IMG/VR virus record: IMGVR_UViG_3300050014_000619
Length of the DNA stretch: 64,000 nucleotides
DNA from: a virus
Strand: one strand, 5' to 3'
The translations under genes were made by a program, and so were the position numbers. Under the pieces are notes generated by a model. The model saw nothing but the letters and a program-made list of their open reading frames with translations. It was not told the DNA's origin and ran no database searches. Positions 26,872 through 36,252 of this stretch are shown here, one piece after another. How positions within the stretch are numbered: the stretch's first letter is position 1; every line of letters starts with the position of its first letter.

Positions 26872-29800
26872 ATGGTTAAACTAAAAATATTCGAATTATA
26901 CAACAATGCCGATGGAAATGACGATATGCTTTCTGATATCGGTAATGTTGGCATGGAAGTAAGACAAGGCATGTGGACATTTATGCCTGATAGAGTTGGC
27001 GATAATAGTCCAGCAATTCAAGAAGACGAAAATTTTAAATCTCCACAGGTAGACCAAGGTGTGTTAAAAAATCACGCATATGCCAGAGAATTAGCATATA
27101 CTTTTGCAAGAAAAATTGGCATACAAATAACAAAAGATTTGGGTGGCGGTGGAAATGGACGTGCATTCGAAATTAGTCCAGAAGTTGTGCTAAAATTAAC
27201 TACCGATGTCAGTGAAGTAGATGCTGCAATTAAAACGCTTAGAGAAGAACCAAAACATCTTGCTGAGATTTATGGAATTTATAAACTCATTGATACTGAG
27301 AAAAATGCATCGTTATATGCCATACTTCAAGAGCACATTCAAGAAAAACCATTGGAAAAATTCAGGGAATATAATAAAATAATAAATGCTATTATGCCAA
27401 GTGGTCTGGGACTTGAAGATTTTTTTGGTTTAATGAGATTACCTAAAAAATTTAATTATAGTGATTTAGCTGAAAAAGCAAAATTACTTCTTACAGATAC
27501 TCCAGAAGCGAACATTAATGAACAAGATAGAAAGGAAGCATATAATTATCTTATTGCATTACTTGATATAAGACAGGAATTAATTGATTATGGTATTAAA
27601 TCAACTGACTATTGGACTATTGCAAATCTTGGATATGATAAAGGTATATTAAAATATTTTGATGTCGGTGGATATGTTGCACCAAAACCAGAAATTCCAA
27701 AAGATCATGTGGTAACGTTGCCTGAAGATGGTAGCGCAAAATTTAGCACAGATAATGGTATTGGTCAAGATGATGAACCACCATATGATAACAATGACAC
27801 TTCACCCTCAATAGAAAATGATCTCAATGCAAATTTAAATATGCGTGAAGATTTGGAATACAATCACGTTAGTGATGCAACACAAGATCAATACGAGCTT
27901 GATGAAAGACAATTATCTTCAATGGCTGGAAGCAGTACTGTTGAAGTTAAACAGAAATGCAGATTAGCTGGAAATGGCAATACTTCAACCGCTTGCAATC
28001 AGGGTGATATAAGAAATCTGAATATCAAGCCATTGCATGAAAGTGCAAGTCTTAATATACCCGAAAATCTCAGTGGATATGATTCACTTAAAATAATGAA
28101 TGGTGATCAGACTGTAGGTGAGGTTGGAATTATGGACAGAGGTGTACATGGTGGAAATCATTATATTGCAATTGACAAAATCTTTATTAATAAGGAATTT
28201 AGGGGTAACGATTATGCAAATGATGCAATGAAATTGATTTTTGCTTATGCTGATAAAAATAATTTAATTGTTACCTTGACACCAGATAATATCTGGGGTG
28301 CAAGTGTACCAAAGTTAAAAGCATGGTATAAATCACTGGGATTTATTGAAAATAAAGGCAAGAAAAAAGATTTCCAGACTATGCAGTTAATGTATAGATT
28401 ACCAAAAACTCCTACAAATCTCAATGAAGACATTGACCCTAAAACAATTAATACAAACAGAAGGGCAATATATTCCGTAATTACTGGCAAAAGAAAATTG
28501 GCATTTGGTGAAGTTGATAAGCCATTAGGACAGGCAATTGAGAAAAGAGGTTTTGGTATAATACCAGTGAGAATGACTTCACGTCATGGTATGATGAGCA
28601 TAGTTTATAATAAAGATTCATATGAAAATGCAAGAAAACTTTATGAAATAGCTAAGACGCATGGTGATTATCTTACAGATAATACGGCAAGTGAAGCTCG
28701 TGAAATAGGTAGATTATTAGAATATAAAGAAGAAAGTATTGCAGAATATATAAAACAGAAATATGGTGACAGAGCATTATCTACACATGAAAAATCACCA
28801 GAAGACTTCGATGATCTTTCTGAAGATATGGATTTTTGGGATTTGAATGATTTAAATGAAGAGAACTTTCCAGCATTCGAAAAACAAATCGAAAAAGATG
28901 AAATTACTCACGGTCTTGATAAAAAAGTTCTTTATGAACAAGATGATTTTAAAGTATGTGTAGTTAATGGCGATGCTGTCAGAGGTAATGGTTTTGATGA
29001 ATGGGTAGATGGTGGTCATCATTATGTAGATGCTGATTTACCGAAAGACGAACAAAAATACGCTAAATTTATTCCAGAGGATGAAATTTGGATTGATGAC
29101 GTATTTTTATCAAAACCAAATGATATGGCAGCAATTATACTTCATGAAAAACTCGAAAGATATTTAATGAAGAATTATGGTATTGAATACGAAAATGCAC
29201 ACACAGATTATGCAAATAAAGCAGAAGTTGTCTTCAGAAAATTAGTTAAGGATGGTACTGGCTCACTTATAAGCCAGAAAATTTTCGATGCATTTGTAAA
29301 TAAATTTATACAAGACCATTCCGATAAAAAAGTTCATGAAGGAGTAGCAGATGTAGCTGCAGATAAACAGTTTGGTATACAACAACCACATGCGGGTTTT
29401 GAAGACAAATTCAACAGGGAAGAAAATGAAGAAGATGTAGTCTTTGCTGGTGATACTGATGGTATGATAATAATAAGAAATCCCAAATCATGGAAAAACA
29501 TATATGGCTATGTTAGGGGAATTATTGACCCAGAAGGTAATCTTTATATTCAACAAAAACCCGTAGGCATTCACTTTGAAATGCTTGAGGAATTGAATAA
29601 ATTAGGACTTGTTGACAATGAAGCAGATTGGGATGAAAAATTACCAACGAACTTTCTTACAGTACAACGATATTTAAGGTCGAATAAAATTTTACTCGGT
29701 GAATCAAACTCACCAAGATATCCAGAACCAAGAGACCCAAATTCTATGTTTTGGAGCAAAATTCCACCAGTTGAGGTAGCTATCCCATATTATCAGGCTT

Positions 29801-31197
29801 TCTTAGATAAGGCTAAAAAGAAAAATCCCAGCATGGATTTTATTAATGAGATAATAAGTACATATAGGAAACAGCATGAGAATGATGAAACGTTTGGTGG
29901 TAATGATTTTAATGAAAATTTAAAAAATTCTGATAATCATAATGATTTATATGTAGAAAATGTTAACTTTGCAAAAAATGATTCGATGAATGAGAATGAA
30001 ATAATGTCATTAGATGATTTGCCTTTCAAAGATGATGTTGAACGTCAAGGCGGTAAGGTATATAGTGTTGGTGGTGCAGTAAGGGATAAATTTTTAGGTA
30101 AAGAATCTAAGGACTTGGATGTTATTGTTACTGGCATTCCACTTGATAAATTGGAGAGAATCATATCGAGATATGGTGTTGTTAACTCAGTTGGTAAATC
30201 ATATGGTGTGTTGAAGTTCAAGCCACGTGGTGCTCCTGAAGACAGTGAAGATATTGATATTGTTATTCCACGTACAGATACCCCAACAGGCGGTGGTGGA
30301 TATCAGGATTTTGATATTCAATCAGATCATACCATACCACTTGAAAAAGATTTGGAACGTAGGGACTTTACCATTAATGCAATGGCAAGAGATAGAAATG
30401 GCGAAATAATTGACCCTTATGGTGGTCAGGAAGACCTGAAGAATAAAATTATTCGTGCAGTTAATCCCGAAGCATTTAGTGATGACCCACTGAGAATGTT
30501 ACGTGCTGTGCAATTTGCATGCCGTTTCGGTTTTACTATTGAGCCACACACAATGAAAATGATCAAAGACAATGTTGCGGAAATCAAACGTATTTCTGCT
30601 GAAAGATACTTAATTGAATTTGATAAGATCATTAAAAAGGGCAATATAGTAATGGGTGTTGAACTACTTATGGAAACAGGCTTGTTTTCACAGATATTTA
30701 ATGCACAGCCAAAAAATGTTACTCCTTTATTTGCCAAAGTTAAGACAATGGCTGAATTTCTTTATTTGCTTATGACTGGTTCTGTAAATAATCCTGCAGA
30801 ATTCTATTTGGAACATTTTGCAAGTGATGAAGATGCAAAAAGAAGTAAGAACTACAAAGAGATTCGTGCACTTGAAACAGGATTTGAAAGCGGTGAAGCA
30901 ACAAACTTAATCGAAGCACGTTCAATTGCACATAATATGTATCTTATATTTCCACAAGTGTTGGAAAGCCAGATATTACCAAACATAATCAGGGTTGCAT
31001 CGCAGGAATTACTTCAAGGTAAATATCCTAAGACTGTGAATGAATTGGCGGTTAATGGTAATGATTTAATGGAACTTGGTTTACAAGGTAAAGCAGTTGG
31101 TGATATGCAAAAATCATTATTATTGAAGATTTATTCAAATAAAGTTATGAATAATAAAGAAGATTTACTATCTTTGGCGGGTCAAAATGGAAAATAA
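26872..31197 (+). CDS. Multidomain polyprotein: protein-kinase-like + GNAT acetyltransferase + unknown domains + class II CCA-adding tRNA nucleotidyltransferase
   Basis: Kinase GGGGNG..VLKLT..DYWTIAN..YFD (~27100-27680); GNAT FINKEFRGND..WYKSLGF (~28045-28420); HEKLE domain; CCA VGGAVRD..DLD, DLERRDFTINAM, DDPLRMLRA, LAVNGNDLM (~30000-31190). Confidence 0.85.
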   Translation: MVKLKIFELYNNADGNDDMLSDIGNVGMEVRQGMWTFMPDRVGDNSPAIQEDENFKSPQVDQGVLKNHAYARELAYTFARKIGIQITKDLGGGGNGRAFEISPEVVLKLTTDVSEVDAAIKTLREEPKHLAEIYGIYKLIDTEKNASLYAILQEHIQEKPLEKFREYNKIINAIMPSGLGLEDFFGLMRLPKKFNYSDLAEKAKLLLTDTPEANINEQDRKEAYNYLIALLDIRQELIDYGIKSTDYWTIANLGYDKGILKYFDVGGYVAPKPEIPKDHVVTLPEDGSAKFSTDNGIGQDDEPPYDNNDTSPSIENDLNANLNMREDLEYNHVSDATQDQYELDERQLSSMAGSSTVEVKQKCRLAGNGNTSTACNQGDIRNLNIKPLHESASLNIPENLSGYDSLKIMNGDQTVGEVGIMDRGVHGGNHYIAIDKIFINKEFRGNDYANDAMKLIFAYADKNNLIVTLTPDNIWGASVPKLKAWYKSLGFIENKGKKKDFQTMQLMYRLPKTPTNLNEDIDPKTINTNRRAIYSVITGKRKLAFGEVDKPLGQAIEKRGFGIIPVRMTSRHGMMSIVYNKDSYENARKLYEIAKTHGDYLTDNTASEAREIGRLLEYKEESIAEYIKQKYGDRALSTHEKSPEDFDDLSEDMDFWDLNDLNEENFPAFEKQIEKDEITHGLDKKVLYEQDDFKVCVVNGDAVRGNGFDEWVDGGHHYVDADLPKDEQKYAKFIPEDEIWIDDVFLSKPNDMAAIILHEKLERYLMKNYGIEYENAHTDYANKAEVVFRKLVKDGTGSLISQKIFDAFVNKFIQDHSDKKVHEGVADVAADKQFGIQQPHAGFEDKFNREENEEDVVFAGDTDGMIIIRNPKSWKNIYGYVRGIIDPEGNLYIQQKPVGIHFEMLEELNKLGLVDNEADWDEKLPTNFLTVQRYLRSNKILLGESNSPRYPEPRDPNSMFWSKIPPVEVAIPYYQAFLDKAKKKNPSMDFINEIISTYRKQHENDETFGGNDFNENLKNSDNHNDLYVENVNFAKNDSMNENEIMSLDDLPFKDDVERQGGKVYSVGGAVRDKFLGKESKDLDVIVTGIPLDKLERIISRYGVVNSVGKSYGVLKFKPRGAPEDSEDIDIVIPRTDTPTGGGGYQDFDIQSDHTIPLEKDLERRDFTINAMARDRNGEIIDPYGGQEDLKNKIIRAVNPEAFSDDPLRMLRAVQFACRFGFTIEPHTMKMIKDNVAEIKRISAERYLIEFDKIIKKGNIVMGVELLMETGLFSQIFNAQPKNVTPLFAKVKTMAEFLYLLMTGSVNNPAEFYLEHFASDEDAKRSKNYKEIRALETGFESGEATNLIEARSIAHNMYLIFPQVLESQILPNIIRVASQELLQGKYPKTVNELAVNGNDLMELGLQGKAVGDMQKSLLLKIYSNKVMNNKEDLLSLAGQNGK

Positions 31198-32128
31198 TAG
31201 AAAAGAAATATTGATTTGTAATGAATGTAATAAAGAATTTAATTCATTAAAAGGATTGAAAAATCATAATAGATACGGATGTAGTACCAAATTACATTCA
31301 AATTATTTTAAATATTGCCCAATATGTAATGAAATAATACATTATGAAAGTAAAACTAAATATGATTATGCAATTAAAAATGATTCAAAATGCCATAAAT
31401 GTGGTAATATTGGTAGAGAAGTGTCTGAAAACACAAAAATTAAAACATCTAAAACATTAAAAGAAAAATATGATAATGGCACACTAATTCCAAACATGAT
31501 AGGCGCACATTCAAATGAATCAAGAAAAAAACAATCTGCAAAGAGAAAGAATTGTAAGTTAACTGAATCGCATAAATTAAATATTTCGATTGGTTTAAAT
31601 AAATCTGAAAATTTTAAAATATCCGTACATTCAAAAGAAAGAGGTAATAAAATTTCAAAAAAATTAACAAATAAAAAATTTTCAAAAGAACATATCATTA
31701 AACTTTCTGAATCACATGCAAATGTTGCGAACGAAAATAATCCGTTTTATAATAAAAGTCATACTAATGAAGCTAAGAATAAAATGAGAATTAGTGCCAT
31801 TGAAAGAATTAGATTAAATAAGTTTGAAAATAATCAAATAGTGCCGTTTTATAACAAAAGAGGTTGTGAATATTTTAATAATCTAATGAAAATCAATAAT
31901 TGTTTCATACAACACGCTGAAAATGGTGGTGAATTTTATATTAAGAAATTAGGATATTTTGTTGATGGATATGACGAAAAAAACAATATTGTTTATGAAT
32001 GGGATGAAAAACGTCATTTTCAAAAAGGTAAATTAATTGAAAGGGATATTATTAGAGAAAATGAAATTACCAATTTACTAAAATGTGCTTTTATTAGAAT
32101 TAAAGAAAGTGAGGTAAATAATGATTAA
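31187..32128 (+). mobile_element. Homing-endonuclease-like gene (Zn fingers, NUMOD3-like repeats, PD-(D/E)XK C-terminus)
   Basis: CNEC, CPIC, CHKC; HS.E...K.S repeats; NPFYNKSHT; VDGYD..VYEWDE. Confidence 0.75.
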
Positions 32129-32726
32129 GAAAATTATAGTTGAGGAAATTAAAAAATTTTTCTTAAATGAATTTGCTTATCCTGAAATGAGACCAGAAGA
32201 AAAGAATACTTGGGACATAAATGGAGAAAATGTTGACATTAATTTCTTTGTACATAAATATGATGAATGGAATCATCAGGGTGGTGAAAATAGTGGTTAT
32301 AAAGACCCTTCAGAAGCATCAGTGTTAGAATTTATAGAGAATAACTATGAAGATTTTACACATGATGAAAAATTAAAAAAAGAGTTGCTTTGGGCATTGA
32401 CAGATCGAGAAGTTTTAAATGAGAATGAATCTAAATATAATAAAGAAAAAGAAGCATTAATGAAATCAAAAAGTATTGATGCTGAAATGAAAGAAAAGAT
32501 TCTAAAATATTTTACTGCTGGTTCAACATATAAAGAAGGTGGACATGTACATGGTTTAAGCAAGCCAAAAGAATTAATGGACAAAACATCTAAAACAGAA
32601 GGTGTTAGTATGGGTGCAGATAAAGACGGATTCTTTGTATATACACATCGTCAAAGGTCTAAGTCATATGAATCACCCGAAAAAATATCAATAAAAGACA
32701 TTGAATTTACTGAAAGTACTGGCTAA
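32121..32726 (+). CDS. Two-domain hypothetical protein, putative internal head protein
   Basis: N-terminal IKKIIVEEIKKFFLNE; internal VLNE linker. Confidence 0.55.
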   Translation: MIKKIIVEEIKKFFLNEFAYPEMRPEEKNTWDINGENVDINFFVHKYDEWNHQGGENSGYKDPSEASVLEFIENNYEDFTHDEKLKKELLWALTDREVLNENESKYNKEKEALMKSKSIDAEMKEKILKYFTAGSTYKEGGHVHGLSKPKELMDKTSKTEGVSMGADKDGFFVYTHRQRSKSYESPEKISIKDIEFTESTG

Positions 32727-33382
32727 TGAAAAAAGAAAAATTACTTAAAGAACAACAACGCAATAAATTACTCGAAGATTCGGGCATAAATCTTGTTCAA
32801 AATGCAAATTTATTGTCAATTGATATTCAACCAGAATATCAAAATGCATTTAATTTTCAATTGAGTAATTATATACGATTTTTAAATAGAAATTTTGATA
32901 CTATGAATTCTCTTACATTTTTATATAATGGTGAGAATACTGTTGGTGGCGTAAGTGAAGGAGAATATAAAATGTGGTTAATAGAAAATGGTATTAAAGA
33001 ATCAATACTTGATTATGCCAGATTTTACGATAAAGGTTATGCATTTTTCAGAAGCTGTATGGATGATGGTCATGATGAAAAAGAAATTGTTAACTTAGTA
33101 AAATATATGATTAAACATGACATTAACGATAGTAGAGACATTGATGAAGAAATGTGGCAAGGTTTTATGACAGAATATGGATATGATTCAAGTGATGTTC
33201 GTGATTTTCTTGAACCAGCACAGGATTGCATTAATATACCAGATTTAATGGATTACTTACAAAAATTTTCTGGAAAAATAGTTATATGTGGCGGTGGAAT
33301 AAACCAATGCTTTAAAGAAGTAGAAATTGCTTTAAATGCATTGGAAAAAATTTATAATGTTTTAACAAAATTTACTTATTAA
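32726..33382 (+). CDS. Cysteine hydrolase (isochorismatase/nicotinamidase fold)-like protein
   Basis: LLSIDIQ, DKGY, IVICGGGINQC give a plausible D-K-C triad. Confidence 0.55.
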   Translation: MKKEKLLKEQQRNKLLEDSGINLVQNANLLSIDIQPEYQNAFNFQLSNYIRFLNRNFDTMNSLTFLYNGENTVGGVSEGEYKMWLIENGIKESILDYARFYDKGYAFFRSCMDDGHDEKEIVNLVKYMIKHDINDSRDIDEEMWQGFMTEYGYDSSDVRDFLEPAQDCINIPDLMDYLQKFSGKIVICGGGINQCFKEVEIALNALEKIYNVLTKFTY

Positions 33383-33431
33383 TTTTATTATTGTATAAGT
33401 GTGAGTTACTAAATCCTATAAAGTATTTATT

Positions 33432-33575
33432 ATGAAAAGCAAAGACAAAACAAAAACAGTTACACCAATGGATGTAGCAAGATTTGTTGGTGCTGAAAAA
33501 GACTATCAAGATGTTTTAAATAAGAATAGGGGTGCTTTGGTTGAAAATTTTTATAGCTTATTGAAAAAATTATGA
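33432..33575 (+). CDS. 47-aa protein missing from the ORF track
   Basis: MKSKDKTKTVTPMDVARFVG...LVENFYSLLKKL; directly after GTATTTAT; ATGA overlap with the next gene. Confidence 0.55.
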   Translation: MKSKDKTKTVTPMDVARFVGAEKDYQDVLNKNRGALVENFYSLLKKL

Positions 33576-33955
33576 GTAATATTTCTTATAGTGCAGTAGT
33601 TCTTGATGAAAGTTCAAGAAACCGATTAATCAGAAGATTCGAGTCATTAATACCCGAAGGCTGGGAAGTTGTTGCACATCATGCCACAATAAAGTTGGGC
33701 GAACTTGACCCAAATGAAAAATGGATGATTAATGAAGAAATTACATTGAGTGTAAATGATTTTGCAATGGATGATAAGGTTATGGCAGTTGGTGTTAGTG
33801 GCTCTGAAAGCCACAATGCCAAGCCACATATAACCATTGCTGTAAATCGACAAGCGGGTGGTAAACCAATGATGTCGAATAAATTAATTGACTGGAAAAA
33901 AATAAGAGTTCCCTTGGTGATAAGAGGAATCGTGACTGAAGTTGAATATAAGTAA
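33572..33955 (+). CDS. 2H phosphoesterase (2',3'-cyclic phosphodiesterase, tRNA-ligase CPD-like)
   Basis: Two HxT motifs (HATI, HITI), YSAVVLD start, KPMMSN. Confidence 0.8.
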   Translation: MSNISYSAVVLDESSRNRLIRRFESLIPEGWEVVAHHATIKLGELDPNEKWMINEEITLSVNDFAMDDKVMAVGVSGSESHNAKPHITIAVNRQAGGKPMMSNKLIDWKKIRVPLVIRGIVTEVEYK

Positions 33956-33956
33956 A

Positions 33957-34553
33957 ATGAGTAATGATGAGTATGTTGCAAAAAAACAGCAAAAAGATTT
34001 TGAAGAAGGTAAAAAACCACAAAAATTATTCGCAGATTTAATGCAGAAGAACGGGTTTCGCTGTTATAGCGCAACCAGTTATCAAGATAAATATGAACAT
34101 TGGGATATCCTGACTGTTGAAGACCTTGGAAATGGTACGAAAGTTTTTGAACGTTCGGACATAAAAGGTCTAAAGAACTGTGTAAAAGAAGGTTTCGAAT
34201 GGATGGAATTACAAACAATCGATGGAAGAATGGGTTGGTTGTATTCGGAATTTACAGATAATATAATATTTGAAATTGAAGATTGCTTTCTTTTCATAAA
34301 AAGAGCAGAATTACTTCCAATCATTGTAGCAAATGTAGCAAAGATGGACAAATTGGATGAAGAAGATGGGGAACGTCCACCAGTAGTTCATGTGATAAAA
34401 GACGGTCTTAAATATTATCAGAGGTACTGTAGAATATTGTGGGGTAATACAGATATAACTGTTATGTCACCATTTACGGATTTTCAGCATTTAATTTATA
34501 TGAAACTATATAAAGCAGACGGTAAAATAGAAAAATTTAATAGAAAACAATGA
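33957..34553 (+). CDS. Putative PD-(D/E)XK nuclease
   Basis: DKYEHWD..DIKG..WMEL..GWLY. Confidence 0.55.
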   Translation: MSNDEYVAKKQQKDFEEGKKPQKLFADLMQKNGFRCYSATSYQDKYEHWDILTVEDLGNGTKVFERSDIKGLKNCVKEGFEWMELQTIDGRMGWLYSEFTDNIIFEIEDCFLFIKRAELLPIIVANVAKMDKLDEEDGERPPVVHVIKDGLKYYQRYCRILWGNTDITVMSPFTDFQHLIYMKLYKADGKIEKFNRKQ

Positions 34554-34573
34554 AAAGATTGGCAGTATTTGAT
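34550..34573 (+). pseudogene. Orphan 5' stub (MKRLAVFD) of the HAD phosphatase gene
   Basis: ATG AAA AGA TTG GCA GTA TTT GAT matches IKRLSVFD of ORF 35632 and ends at the endonuclease stop codon. Confidence 0.7.
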
Positions 34574-35583
34574 TATATGTACTTAAAAGAATATCCTTTA
34601 CAATGTTTTCTATCCCCCCTAGTAACTCTTTGTATACTTTCATATTTTACATTAATTTTATTGGATGCTTCATGTATATTATTAAATGTTTTAATATAAT
34701 TATTTGATATATAATCATACATTTCTATTTTACGTAAATTTGGGGTTCTATCATACGTTCCTATTTTATATTCTTTAAGTGTTTGGAATAAATTATATTT
34801 TCTTGTAAGTCTAAGATTTTCGGAATCTTCGTAAATATTATTTTTTAATATTAAAAGGTCTTTATATGAATTATATTTTAGTACTACAAGCCTATTATTA
34901 TTTGAAGAATATTTGGTGATACTTACTTTAGTGTTTGATAAACCATATAAATTAAAACTTTTCTTTATCTCAGTAATTAAATTTTCTGAACCGATAATTG
35001 AAAAACATAATGCACCATTCTTTCTCTTTTTTTCTTTATTAATTGATCCATCCCCATCGAAAACACCACGTATGAAGTGCCAAAAATATTCTTGAGGTAT
35101 GTCAGGCATTATACAATTAAATGACTTATTTGAGTGAACACCTAATTTATTGAGATCATTAACAATTTCTTTAGATGCTATTTGTAGAGAATAGCGTGTA
35201 TATGTTTTATTGGTTCTTTTATCAAAGACATTATATTTGGCTAATTTATGCTCGGATTTAATTTCCCTTTTTAACATATCAACTAACTCGATGTCTCTTG
35301 AAGTTAAAACTAACTTATATCGGTTATCAACATATCCATCAGATATAATCAAGCCCAATAAATATGCTTTATTTTTAGCATTAATAATTTTGAAAAATTC
35401 GGTATTAATTTTATATCTTCTATTATTACCGTCATGTGATTTATTGTTTATTGTGTATCCATGCTTTTTTAATTGATATTTAATGGTTGAATACGAAACA
35501 TTAATAATTTTTGAAATTTTTGTTATTGTATAATTTTCATTAAAATAATAATGAGCAATTTGATTAATATCATATTTATTCAT
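34573..35583 (-). mobile_element. Double-motif LAGLIDADG homing endonuclease with HTH/NUMOD1-like ends
   Basis: AYLLGLIISDG and FIRGVFDGDG; start at 35583 follows minus-strand GTATTTAT (35599-35606). Confidence 0.88.
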
Positions 35584-35589
35584 ATCTTT

Positions 35590-35606
35590 GTATTTATAAT
35601 AAATAC
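35590..35606. promoter_or_regulatory. Two oppositely oriented GTATTTAT motifs
   Basis: GTATTTAT (+) at 35590 upstream of 35632; ATAAATAC at 35599 upstream of the minus-strand endonuclease. Confidence 0.65.
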
Positions 35607-35631
35607 TTATAATTTCGAATAATATAACCTT

Positions 35632-36228
35632 ATGACTACGGAAAAACACAAAAATACAATTAAACGCCTCAGTGTCTTTGATCTGGATGCGACAATTCTT
35701 GACACTCCAACACCAGAAGAAGGAAAAAAAATATGGGAAAAATATTACAAAAAGCCATTTTCATATAAGGGTTGGTGGAGTAAGCCAGAGAGCCTTGATA
35801 CTGAAGTATTCGATATTAAACCTTTTCCAGCAGTTCTGGCAGAACTTAATAAAGAAAAAGCAACACCTGACACTGCTGTTATTATCTTAACATCAAGAGT
35901 GGAAAGATTACGTCCACAGGTTGAGAACGTGCTTAAACTCAATAATATTTCCGTAGATGATGTTCTATTGAAAAATAGTAATGAAGATAAGGGTGATATT
36001 ATTTTAAAAATCTCAGTTTATAATCCAGACCTTCGAGAAATCGTAGTGTATGATGACTTTATGGAAAAAAATGAAGCTAAGATTCAGGAATATACGAAAA
36101 TCATCGGTGAATTATCACCAGAGATTCAATATACTTTGTATTATGTTGACAACGGTAGGATTACTTTACTGGAATCCACTAATATAATATTGAAAATGAT
36201 ATCAGATGAAATTCGAAAATTAATTTAA
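35632..36228 (+). CDS. HAD-family phosphatase (RNA-repair 'Swiss Army knife'-like)
   Basis: VFDLDATILDTP, GWWSKPESL, ILTSR, K, VYDD. Confidence 0.8.
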   Translation: MTTEKHKNTIKRLSVFDLDATILDTPTPEEGKKIWEKYYKKPFSYKGWWSKPESLDTEVFDIKPFPAVLAELNKEKATPDTAVIILTSRVERLRPQVENVLKLNNISVDDVLLKNSNEDKGDIILKISVYNPDLREIVVYDDFMEKNEAKIQEYTKIIGELSPEIQYTLYYVDNGRITLLESTNIILKMISDEIRKLI

Positions 36229-36252
36229 ACGTATTTATAGTAAAATATTTGA

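Noticed and set aside
34574-35682. Group I intron in the HAD gene
   Set aside because: Endonuclease ORF fills the insert leaving about 100 nt, too little for a ribozyme core; downstream part has its own start and full motif I
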